The notes beneath the pieces are model-generated. The model did not search any database. It saw nothing but the letters and a program-made list of their open reading frames with translations, and had not been told where the DNA came from. A program made the position numbers and the translations under genes. Below are positions 9,172 through 21,404 of a DNA stretch of 64,000 bases, one piece after another. The stretch's first letter is position 1; each line of letters begins with the position of its first letter. The stretch is from Rhynchopus sp. YZ270_cl-10 (taxonomy: Eukaryota), in the NCBI GenBank assembly GCA_964035575.1, contig OZ037837.1, positions 372,001-436,000 on the forward strand, in the 5' to 3' direction.

Positions 9172-11295
9172 AGCAGGGGTGTAGGGGTGGAGAGCAGGAG
9201 GGTGGGGGTAAAGAATTATCTGTGGGAGGTGTAAATGTAGTGTGAACAACGTTGTCGGGGGCTAACAAAGGTAACGACTACGGCACGCTGTGGGACACCA
9301 GAGACGGAGGAGGCGAGTGACAGTGCAGAACACGAAGAAGAACAGGCAGATAAATAGGCAACAACGAGGAAGAAGTCGCCGGCGACGGAGCAGAACAAGA
9401 AGACCGCGCCGGAGCAACCGTTCTTACTTTTCCTCTTGATGTTTCCCCCCCCCCCACTCCCGCAAACAATAAAGCAATAACAATGAATACAAAAAGGAGA
9501 GGTATGGTGGAACGCACACACCTCGACCTGTCGGTGAAATGTGGCTCTACTCCAACCCGCCCCGGTTTAAGAAATAGAAAAAGGAGGGGAGTAGGGGTAC
9601 GGTGCTCAATTTCCTTTTAGCATTACATGGAGTCATAAAATAATTTTTTTTGTCTAAAAAACCTTACACAGTCTTCGCTAAAGAGATGTGCGTCTCCCTA
9701 CCCACCCACACAAACCCGCAGATATTTTATAATAAGTCACAGGAGGGTGTCTAAAAAGGTCAAAAATGGAAAAAATGGAAAAAAAGGTAGAAAAATTTGG
9801 GGTGTTTTTGACCAAAAAAAGAGTGAGGGGAGTTGGGTCCAGTCATAGGGGAGTAGAGCAATTTTTAAAAAATTCTACCAAAAATGCACAGCATTTTTCA
9901 AGCACATAGGCAGATTTTCGCTTTTTTATAAAAAATTGAGGAAACCGAAATATCCCACCGTAGCTGTCTTCCTCAGAGGTCGGAGCCCAAAATAGGCCGT
10001 TCTTCCTGCGGAAAGTAGTGCGTACACTGTCCATATCTTCGAAGATGAACTGTTTCGGCTCGCAGAACACCTCAAATTACTTGCAGCTTGCGAGTCTCCG
10101 TGTTGTTGAAGGGTGGGGCGTAGAGGGAGAAGGCAGCGATCACATTGAGCGGAGGGCGTCGAAAAATCTATGTATCTATGTGTCTATGTGAGCCGCGCGA
10201 CTGTTCACGATGCCAGTGAAGAAGTCTTTCGGGAATCCTTGCCGGAAGGGCGTACGACCGTGGGTGAGACACCTGAGGAGTATTGGAGCACCCTCCGCTT
10301 GATGGCAGACGGCGTATGTCCTGGCGCAGACGCTTGGGGCTCACACACCCTCGGTGCTACAGGATCTTGAGGGTTTGACGCACTGTTGGCTGCGTGCTCG
10401 GTGGGTCACAAGAAGAGGTTGAAGCTTGTAGACACCAGCACCGGCACGAGTCAAGTCACAAAGAGCTAAGGAGAACTGACGTGCGGTGGGGAAGGCCCCC
10501 TCCGACCGTCCGGACTTGGCGGTCTGCACCCCCATCCTCGTCAAGAATTGGCTAGAGCACATGGCACCCAGAGCAGTGACCGGTCCGACGCTCGCATGTG
10601 AGCGTCGCTCCTCCGGAAGCTGGTAGTGGCCCAAGTCCACACGGACTAGAGGCCGCCGATGGGCAGGAAACTGCAGGAGGGCATGCCACAAGGGCTAACG
10701 AAACCATGGTAATGGGCCTATGTGGGGTTACAGACGTGTATATGGTGTAACCACAGATGCTCAAAACACCCGATTTTTACGTTTTTTTGCATTTTTCGGT
10801 GCCCCAAGACCCACCCCAGGGGGCCAAAAAATTTTCGAAAAAAAAATTTTTTTTTTCAGATTTTGCTAAGGTAAAATGTGACTGTGAAAACGATCCTCAA
10901 AATAGAGGATCCTCAAAATTCCCGTTTTTCCCTTTTTTCCCCTTTCCCCTTAGTCATTTTTCCCGTTGCCTTGTCGAAAAAAAATTTTTTGGGTCAAAAA
11001 AAAAAAGTGAAAAATTTTCGCAAATTTCGATCCTACGACCACCCACAGGTGACGAAAACTCCGTTTTCGTGAAAAAAAAAATTTTTTTTTTGGGTCAAAC
11101 ACGGCCTTGCCTAGCCACTTTTGGGTATAGTATAGGCTTGTTCAGAGACGTGTATATGGTGTAACCACAGATGGTCAAAACAGCCGATTTTTGCGTTTTT
11201 TGGCATTTTTCGGTGCCCCAAGACCCACCCCAGGGGGCCAAAAATTTTTCGAAAAAAAAAATTTTTTTCACCTGAAAACAGGGTTCTAGCTCAGA

Positions 11296-12410
11296 CAGGG
11301 CTTCCCACAGGGGGGACCAGGGGGGACCACTGGTCCCCCTGGGGGAAAATAAAAATAATAAGGGGGGACCAGGGGGGACCAGCCTGCCCTTGAGTGTTCC
11401 GAGGCTGCCTATTAGGAATTTTCCACATTTTTTTTAATTTTTCCCACCCTCCCGTCCCCGCGCATCCAAATACAGGCAACTACACGACGGTGATGTACAG
11501 TACATTACAAGTGAAGTTACATGTAACGTTACAAGTGAAAAACCGTTACAAGTGAGTTACAAGTGGGATACATGAATTACAGGCAAAATCAGGTTGTAAC
11601 TGGTGGGTTACAAGTGAGTTACAAGTGAGTTACATGTAACAAAAGTTACATGTAACTCACTTGTAACTCCACTTGTAACACCCGTTACATCACCGTCGTG
11701 TAACAGGGGGAAAAGATGGCACCAAAAAAGTCCTCCGGACCAAGACAGATTTCCATAATGGAATTTGCAAAGCGACCGGCGGAGTCCCAGTTATCGGCTC
11801 AGGCTCCGAAGAGGCAGAAAATAACGGTTGCAAAGAACCACGAGTATGCCTCATGGGCAAAGTGACCCCGTCACAGCCAGAACGCGACTCAATTGGTCAA
11901 ACGCCGAAGGAAAAGGAAGCATGCAGCATGGCAAAAGAAAAAAGTAGCGTACCGTGCGCCTGCGGCGCAAGATTGCAAGCCACCCATGACATAGTGTGGC
12001 TGTAAAATGTGCAATTTTAATCACAGTATTTTGAAATGTTGCGTACCGTGGCTTCGCCAGGAACCTTTGCCATGACTGTCGTTTCTTTTTGTAGATGTCT
12101 ATACGAGGAAACGTCTGCACGCTACCGACCTGACATATTTTTTCTTATTCCGCAAAGGTGGGGAACGTGAGATGATATGCAATATGCGAGTTAATGCAGC
12201 AGTTTTAACGGTTTGCCGGGACATTTTCGCCGAAGTCGAAAATTTTTTTTGACCACTTAAAGTGCGTAAAGGCGCGTAACGTAACGTAGCGTCAGCGTTA
12301 ATGCTACACACCACACAAATTAAAATCATTGAAAAAAAAAAAAAAAATTCCACCTTTTTTTGGCTGGTCCCCCTGGGAGGCCAAAACCCCAGATCCTGCG
12401 GGAAGCCCTG
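11296..12410. mobile_element. Non-autonomous TIR element (CAGGG termini, 5-bp TSD) with nested insertions
   Basis: CAGGGCTTCCCACAGG ... CCTGCGGGAAGCCCTG; TCAGA at 11291-11295 and 12411-12415; GGGGGACCA subterminal repeats. Confidence 0.65.
11481..11702. mobile_element. MITE with TA ends (Tc1/mariner/pogo-like) and internal GTTACAAGTGA repeats
   Basis: TACACGACGGTGATGTA ... TACATCACCGTCGTGTA perfect 17-bp inverted ends. Confidence 0.8.
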
Positions 12411-12473
12411 TCAGAAGAAAAAAAAAAGAAACGGAAAAGGTGGCTCAAAAAAATTTTTTCTGCGCTTCGCGCG

Positions 12474-13000
12474 CAGGGATTACGCAGCTCCCCCAAAAAT
12501 AAAAAAAGTACGTATGGATTTTCAACACGTACAATTCTAAGCAAAAACAATTAAAAACCGCGCGCGCTTCGCGCGCGCTCTCCCTGGCAAAGTTGGTTGA
12601 GAAGGGTTGTGAAAGTTCGAAGAACTGGAGAAATCATCAGTCATGGCATCCAAATGTTCCTGGCGAAGCCACGGTACGCAACATTTCTAAAAATTGCGCT
12701 TAAAATTGCCTATTATGTCATGGGAAGGGTGTATTGCAATCTAGCGCCGCAGGCGCACGGTATGCTACTTTTTTCTTTCGCCATGCTGCATGCTCCTTTT
12801 CCGGTAAAAAAATACTACGGTGTCAATAACTATCTTCGCCCACACAGGAAAAACGGGAAACGAAATAGGGGGAAAGTTTGTTAGTTGTACGCTTCCACAA
12901 AACCCAAATTACCTACGTATGGACACGTATGGATTCCACCTTTTCAAAAACAATTCACGTATGGATTTCCATACGTTCCACACGTGGAGCGTAATCCCTG
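12474..13000. mobile_element. hAT-like non-autonomous element
   Basis: CAGGGATTACGC ... GCGTAATCCCTG; 8-bp TSD TTCGCGCG at 12466-12473 and 13001-13008. Confidence 0.8.
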
Positions 13001-14150
13001 TTCGCGCGGAAAAATTGACCACGCCAAGTCGCTGTTTTTAACAGCAAAGGGGACTGGCTGACGACACTGAGGACCTCCTTGGCCAACCGGTTTTTTGCAC
13101 CGTGTAAAAAAAACCCAAAAATACTACGGTGTCAATAACTATCTTCGCCCACACAGGAAAACGGGAAACGAAACAGGGGGAAAGTTTGTTAGTTGTACGC
13201 TTCCACCTCTTTTTGAAAACTGAATGTTTACAAAAACAGAGCCAAATAGAAAAGGTAAGAAAATGAAAGTCCTGAAGTACAGAAAGTGGTGTGTGAGAAG
13301 GGAGGAGCACAAGTGAGGGTGAAAACAGTTAGAGCGACCGTAGCATTTCCCCTGTCAACTGCGTTTGACCTATAAAAAAAAAAAAAAAAGAACGGAAAAG
13401 GTGGGCCACCTTTTCCGTTCTACTGAGCTAGGACCCTGCTGAAAATTGCCTTGTCAAAAAAAAATTTTTTTTTTTTGAAAAAAAAAATGGCAAAGACAAA
13501 GGGAAAAACGGGAGAAAAGGGAAAAACGGGAAATTTGAACACCCTCCACACCCTCAAATTTAATTGCCCGATTTGAACCGAAGCAGAATGACTGCTCTGA
13601 TGAGTGCTCATCAGTTTTGTAATTTTTCATGACGTTTCAGTTTCTCTATCCTCTGCGATATGAAGCGCAAACAACGCCGTTTTCAATTTGATTCGCAGAC
13701 CGATACTGACTCGCGAAGTTGCTGTGTCAAAAACACCTTCCTCTGCCGAGGCGGGATACCACAGCGACAACGTCTATCACTCATGCGCCTATGAGTCGCT
13801 CAATGGCGTCATGGCTTTATCATGACAACAGGGGTACAACCTTTTACATTTCTCTCACAATAATCTGATAACGCACACGGGGTAAAGAAAAATAACCTTG
13901 CAAGATAATCGTGCCCCTCGTCCACACAGCGCAGTACAAAACATAACAAAAAGAGAAGTTAACAGTACGAACAAAACAAAATGGCCGCTTCTGCTGCCAA
14001 TGATGTGTCACACCAGAAAACAATCTAATCATTGATCCAAAATAAAAACATGTACAAAATCGTGCACTTCTTTTTGGGAAGTACTGCAAAATCAAAAGTG
14101 GTTGTTTGAACAAGGTAATGAGCAGCGAGACTCTCGAAAGATGCACATCC

Positions 14151-14655
14151 TCACGTGCACACACAGTGACACTTGGTATTGTCCATGATGTTACGTCCAT
14201 GCACACAGTCTGACACAACACTGCTCGATCCGGTGATGTTGATGCTTCTTGTACGTATGTTGCATCCTTCGAGGAAGCCTGGCCCGATCACCGTCACATT
14301 GCTCCACCCAGAGAAGTCAAGTGTGGTGAATGCGCAGCCCTCGAGGAAGAAGTTGGCGATGTGCGTCACACTGCTCCACCCAGAAATGTCAAGGGTTCGC
14401 AATGCACTGCAGTTGCAGAGAAAGCGGCTCCCAACATGTGTAACATTGCTCCACCCAGATAAATCAACAGTGTGCAGTGAGGTGGATTCGTAGAGAAAGC
14501 TGCTGCCTATTGCAGTCACACCTGACACACCACTGAGATTAAGTTCTTCGAACGCGAGACGTTGCAAGAATCCATAGGGGATCTCGGTAACAACTTCCGC
14601 CTGCAGAAACAAACGAATCAGATTGGGATCTTCCAGGCCTTCGAACCTCTCTGTC
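14151..14655 (-). pseudogene. Ubl-LRR paralogue A: 3' part only (few LRRs plus C-terminus)
   Basis: Homologous to 21405-23282 from TERFEG to ...DNTKCHCVCT; 5' part replaced by an insertion; no ATG start. Confidence 0.8.
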
Positions 14656-14656
14656 G

Positions 14657-15218
14657 ATAAACGTTTTTAAAAATAGGATGGAACACCCCGTTCCGAAGAG
14701 GAATGCAGCCACCCCGAAAAAGTGGGGGTGTGTCGCCAGTCTGCGGTGAGAAACTCCTCCCTGAGTCAAAACTGCCGCTGGTTACCCACCCCCACAATTA
14801 GCCGACCAGCAGCCTAATTATGAGGATGGCACCACGTGTACACCATCGTTATCGAAACACCAGACGCGTCTGATTCACGTCGTGGTGACCCTTCTTGCAG
14901 CAGTTCGCCGGCGAAGCAATCATCGGGCGTCCGTCACGGTTCTTCTTCTTCCTCTCACTGGCCACACAAATATCGCAAGCTCCTCTGTCATGTCCTCTGC
15001 AGTTGTGGTGCTTGCCACAGCACTGCTTCGCCGTCATCGGTGTCGCTGCCCCCGCACACTGCCCGCACGCAGACATACTGTGCTGTTCACACGAGTCTAG
15101 TGCCTCATCGCATGTCTCCAAAATGTTCGCATCGCAGTGGTGTATCGCACAACAGTTGTTGATGTTGTTGCGGTTGAGGGTGCAGTCCTCGCATCGCAAC
15201 CTACTGTGTGTGACGCAC
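14657..15218 (-). mobile_element. Fragment of insertion element (long form) with a Cys/His-repeat ORF end
   Basis: Abuts the same host site as 16083-16703; shares 127 bp (14658-14784 = 16085-16211); encodes three CxxHxxxxCxxC..CCxx(x)HH units ending at 14849. Confidence 0.65.
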
Positions 15219-16992
15219 TCAAGTCTTGTCAATGCGCTGCAGTCCTTCAGGAAGTGGTTCCCGATGTGCGTAACGTTGTCCCACCCTGACACGTCAACTG
15301 TGGTCAATGCGTTGTGGTGGCAGATAAACGAGGATCCGAGCTGCGTAACGTTGGTCCACCCAGATAAGTCAACTGTGGTTAGCGCGGAGCACTCGGACAA
15401 GAAGCTGTTCCCGATGTGTGTGACATTCCTCCACCCGGATAAGTCAAGCCTTCTCAATGCACCGCAGTCATTCAGGAACGAGCATCCTATCTGCGTGACA
15501 CTGGTCCACCCAGATAAGTCAAGTCCTGTCAATGTGCTACAGCCCTTCAGGAAGTGGTTCCCGATGTGCGTCACATTGCTCCACCCAGTCAAGTCAAGTC
15601 TGGTCAATGCGCAGTCCTTCAGGAAGAAGCTGGCTATGTGCGTCACATTGCTCCACCCACGCAAGTCAACTGTAGTTAATGCTCTATGGCGGCTGAGAAA
15701 CGAGGATCCGATCTGCGTAACGTTGTCCCACCCAGATAAGTCAAGTGTGGTCAAAGCGGTGCAGCCACTCACGAAGCAGTTTTCAATGTGCGTCACGTTG
15801 CTCCACCCAGATAAGTCAAGTGTCGTCAATGACATGCAGTTGCCGAGAAAGCAATTCCCAACATGTGTAACATTGCTCCACCCAGATAAATCAACAGTGT
15901 GCAGTGAGGTGGATTCGTAGAGAAAGCTGCTGCCTATTGCAGTCACACCTGACACACCACTGAGATTAAGTTCTTCGAACGTACTACCTTGCAAGAATCT
16001 ATTGGGGATCTCGGTAACAACTTCCGCCTGCAGAAACAAATGAATCAGATTGGGATCTTCCAGACCTTCGAACCTCTCTGTCCCTAAACGTTTTTAAAAA
16101 TAGGATGGAACACCCCGTTCCGAAGAGGAATGCAGCCACCCCGAAAAAGTGGGGGTGTGTCGCCAGTCTGCGGTGAGAAACTCCTCCCTGAGTCAAAACT
16201 GCCGCTGGTTAGCGCTGGCTAAGGTTCCCTTTTCACCCGGTCACAGTCGAGTCTCGCTCCGTCGGCGTTGACTGCACTGCAAAGCCCCTTGGTCCACCGT
16301 CGTAAAAAGACACCACAAAAAGCGTAGGTAGGTGGGGGACCGGCAGGTTACAGACAGAGGCAGTACGGAGCTAAGGTGTCGGCGGTCGCGGGTTTCCGTG
16401 GAGGCCTGCCCCCCGTGGAGGTCTTGGGATCTGGAGTTTTGTGGGAGTGATCGGCTTAGAGTACCCTGCATAGTTCATGCTTACATGGTGTACTCGGATC
16501 CTGATCCATAATTGCGGTAGGATATTGGGGTCCCGGGAAGCACCCTTCGCACCGAGGTCCCACCACCCCAGACAGTTTATAGGTCTAAAAGCACAACGTA
16601 CTTGTCCAGGACCTGGCCGCTCTTGGGTTCTCTCAAAAAAAGATACTAATCCCGTACGCCCGTGCACCGCAAAAATGTGCTATGGGGGGCGGTCCGCCGT
16701 CGGGACCTTCGAACCTCTCTGTCGTCAGCCTTGTCTCACCCAAGTCACGAAGAGCTGCAATGGCGTCGTCCTTCTGCGACTTCCTCTTCGTCAGCACAAC
16801 TGTGTCCCCAGCACTCAGCTGCGTGATGTAGTCTCCTTCTGCCATCACCTTCCCACCAAAGCTAACGTCGAAGCCGTCTTCGCACAACTCTGCTGCAGAC
16901 GCCACCTTCCGCCGTATGTCCGCAGTTGTATCATCCACACCCACATCGACTGTGTACTTCTCTCCGTCAAAGCTCTCCACACATATTTCCAT
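15219..16992 (-). pseudogene. Ubl-LRR paralogue B, interrupted by a 621-bp insertion and lacking its native C-terminus
   Basis: MEICVESFDGEKY Ubl domain (ATG 16992) and 25-aa LRRs match paralogue C; split at 16083-16703; LRRs run in frame into foreign sequence at about 15219. Confidence 0.8.
16083..16703. mobile_element. 621-bp insertion element with 20-bp target-site duplication and no TIRs
   Basis: GACCTTCGAACCTCTCTGTC at 16063-16082 and 16704-16723; single copy of this site in the intact paralogue (about 22994-23013). Confidence 0.85.
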
Positions 16993-18154
16993 AGTTTTGT
17001 GTCTCTCTGTTCTGTGCAGGTGTTTTGGGTGCGGCTGCTGCTGACTTGTACCAGTAGTGGTCAGGTTTTGCACAAGACAGACACATCAAGGAGAACTTCG
17101 TAGTGAAAGGGGTGGTGTGGTGTGCAAGAGACAACAAACAGGTACAAGGGGAGAGGTCTTTTGTTTTGTTTCTGAAAGCTTCGTTGTGTGCACACCGCAC
17201 TCCGACTTTTCCTCTTTGTGCTTCCCCAAAAACCGCAAAATACAGCTCGTTAATATCCTCATGAGATACACATCGTATTGCTTTCTGAAAAGCGCACTTC
17301 ACATAACTCGGGAGCTATGGTTCCGAGTTGCATATTATGACCACTCGCTTCGCTCATGGTCATAAAAGTTATTGGTGCACGAGTGCAGCGAGTGCACCAA
17401 AAATTTCAACTCGGAACCATCGCTCCCTCGTGATGTAAAGTGCACTTTACATCGTGCAATAAATAGTTCATAAAATGCGTGTTCGGAGAGAAATTGGTGG
17501 AACAATTGGGTTTTTTTTTTTTTTTTGAAAAATAAATAAAACTCCTCTCGAAATTGTTCAAGATTGAACTGAGAGAAAGAAGAAACCCCAAACCCTCCCA
17601 GACCAAACGGTCTAACCTGTTCTATTGACATAGTGTGGGAGCACAAGAATCGTCTTCGCGTATACTAAAAGATTTCCTACGATATGTCACAAGTGTCATG
17701 TCACCGAAAAAAAAATGGGGACACATGCAAAAAAAGGAGGACAGCTCACTCCTGAACGAGTTTACACACACATAAACAGGGGAGGGGAAGTTGTGACTTA
17801 AATGCCGCCGAAGGCTTTTTTATCGACATAAAATCCTTACAGTATGGTGCACAGCCAGCACGTGGAACGGAGGGGAAGAGAGAGAGAGCGAAAGAGGGAA
17901 TGTCTAGTAACAGATGCACACAAAGCCCAGCAAAAGCTGATTGGGCGACTGTTGCTGACTGGACATTCCTCAGTCCCTCTTAAACCAACACGGATCCTTA
18001 AAGTAGTGTTGGGGTGTTTGGTGTGATTGAAAACCCCAACATAGGACACCTTTAAAGCACTTTCAAAGTACCTTTTTTGCACTTTATTTTGGGGGGGTGT
18101 CAAAAATTATTTTTGAAACTTTTTTTTTCCTGGGGGCTCCTGGGGGGCGAAAAA

Positions 18155-18412
18155 AATTATTACGCGTCCACTCGACGTTTGGATAAAGAAAACTAGAGAT
18201 GAAAGGGGGTTTGGGGGGAAGAGTTTAATTCTTGAACGCATCCCCACACTCAGTCACACACACAGGAAAAAAGTTTACGAAATATTGAATTGACAATTTT
18301 CCTGATGAAGATGTAATGTATGTGTGAGAGATGGGGAGCACGGGAGGGAAAAAACGACTCGTGGATACTGAAAAATTTCACTAGAAATGCACGCATGTCT
18401 TATAAAAAAAAT
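18155..18412. repeat. Dispersed ~250-bp repeat (SINE-like; other copies about 27867-28055, 45408-45530, 46940-47190, 62792-62897)
   Basis: Shared ATTACGCGTCCACTCGACGTTTGGA, GAACGCATCCCCACACTCAGTCACAC and GGGGAGCACGGGAGGGAAAA..CGACTCGTGG..TAGAAATGCA.CATGTCTT blocks; A-rich end in two copies. Confidence 0.75.
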
Positions 18413-18555
18413 TTTTTTTCCCCCCACCCCCAAAAATTGATCGATTTTTATAAGTTCTTGTGTCGTAGGTCATAGATAGGGGTCCTGGGTGAAAACTGCA
18501 CACTGTACACTGTATACCTGTATACTGTACAATGTGCACCATTTTACACTGTTTA

Positions 18556-19187
<632 letters not shown>

Positions 19188-21404
19188 CAACGAGTGTTCC
19201 GGCTCGTGGCGTCACGGAGCCACCAATACTCCCCTCTTCGGCTCGCGTATGTGACTAGGTACACTTATTTGAATCATATAAGATAGACAAAATCTCAAGA
19301 TGCAATGTCAGCAAAACTGCGAGTAATAAACGGCCCTTTCAGCAGAACACCTCCACTCCCTACCTCTCTTCCACACGATACGTGTCTTCCCCCACCCCCT
19401 TCACAGTTTTGTTTAGAGATGTGAACACAAGACGTACACTCATCTAGATTCTTTGGCTTCGCTGTTCTTCACACATTACTTATCCAAACACCCCACCTCC
19501 CCTCCCCAAATAAAACCCTTCTTCAGGGAAAGAAATCGAAACAAAGAAATGCGTGCCCACCCCAACCCTAGTTTTTTTTTGGCAAGATTATCGTGCCCCT
19601 CGTCCACATCATACAAAACATAAGGGAAAACAAACTTCTCGTCTGCGTGCGCGTCGGGACGTCCCCCAGAAAAACCCAGGCAGGCAGGCAAAAAAAAGTT
19701 TGTTTTAAAAAAAAGTTTTTTTCAAATTGTCCTTCTTTCATGGGGTGAGAACAGGCTTCGCGCTAATTTTTGGGGAAAAAATCTGAAAAATCGTGTTTTG
19801 GGACCAAAAAAACGCACCTCAAACAGCTGTGTATAAGGGGGTGAAAGAAACAGTGTTTTGTGGCATTTCCGAGCCAATCCCGTTCTGTGGTGGGGCATAT
19901 ACGGAAATATGGACACAATTTTAGTGACTTAAATTTTTACAAAATATGAACCCATACTCGTGAGCAAGGGTCATTTTCAGGACTGAAAACCCAACTTCAG
20001 ATCAAATTATGGTGTTTTTGACTGGGAACAGGTAGCGCCGCAGGCGCACGGTACCCAACATTTTCCTTTTCTTCTTTTCCCCTTTTTTCTGCTTTCTTTT
20101 GATTGCGCGAGCCGATTGCTCTCCACGGTGGGGTCACATGTGTGTACAAAAATACACTGAAGTACCCTTACTAGGAACTACGAGATTCCTCTGGTTTTAG
20201 TAAGGATACCGCATTTCCGAACCAATCCCGGCTTATGGTGGGGGATATACGGAAAAATGGACAAAATTTCAGTGACTCAAATTGCCACAAAGTATGAACC
20301 CGTACTCAACAAGGGTCATTTTCAGTCTGAAAACCCAACTTGGCATGAAATTGTAGTGGTTTACTGGAAACACATGTACTGAAGAAAGCTATGGTAATGT
20401 AGTGATGTCGGTGGGGTTTCAGTGACCACAGAGAAGAGTGAAAACGAAAAACCAGGACGGTTATGTCCTCGGAGGGGGTGCCCTCACACAGCGAGGGTGG
20501 AGACGGTTCAGCAGCTCATTATTCTCTGCGGCAGGCTTGCAGGTGTGCCCCATGGAATCCTAATTGATCTTTATCCGTGAGGGAGAAGGGATGTGGAGTC
20601 GTACTCAAAAGAAAATGAACACTGTACATAAATAAGTACATCATGTTTAAAAATAAAGGAGGGTAGGGAACAGGTAGCGCCGCAGGCGCACGGTACCCAA
20701 CTTTTTTCTTTTTTTTTTCCCCTTTTCTCTGCTTTCTTTTGATTGCGCGAGCCGATTGCTCTCCATGGGGAAATTTTTTTGGGGGAGACGGGGGTAGCAG
20801 GGGGGTCGGTATTCGCCTTTCCACAGAAAAAACTTTTTTTTTGAAAATCTCAAAAAAACCCAGGCACGCAGGACGCGCACGCAGACCGAAAGTTTGTTTT
20901 CCCTAACAAAGAAAAGTTGAAAGTACAAACAAAACAAAACGCTTCTGCACTGCCAATGGATGTGTCATACCATTAAAAAACAATTTAGGTCTCAAAGGCT
21001 TGACTCAATTTGTATCACAAAGTAGTTGTCCTTATAAAATGCTCGAGAGACTCGTTTCTCTTTGCTTGTTCCTGAAAAGACTATACACAGGGAGGGGAAC
21101 CTTACCGTAAGTAAGTGGTAGAAAAAACCAAAGAAAGAGGAATTGTCGCTATTATTATTGTCGTTGTATCCGAACGCAGCAAAGCTGCTCAAACAAGTTT
21201 GATTGTGACAGGGGAAAACAAGCGGGTAAGGGGATACGCAGAACGCGCGACGTTTCGCGAGGGTCTCGAGCATTTTGTCAAAAACTATGCGTTGAATAAA
21301 AGCATGTACAACATCGTGCACTTCCTTTTGGAAGTACTGCAAAATCAAAAAGTGGTTGTTTGAACAAGGTAATGAGCAGCGAGCCTCTCGAAAGATGCAC
21401 ATCC

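Noticed and set aside
10380..10700. RPDLAV motif suggesting a restriction-like endonuclease remnant
   Set aside because: Too short, frame has stops, no supporting CCHC or RT motifs
16082..16087. CCCTAA at the insertion end as a telomeric signature
   Set aside because: Single hexamer, absent from the second copy
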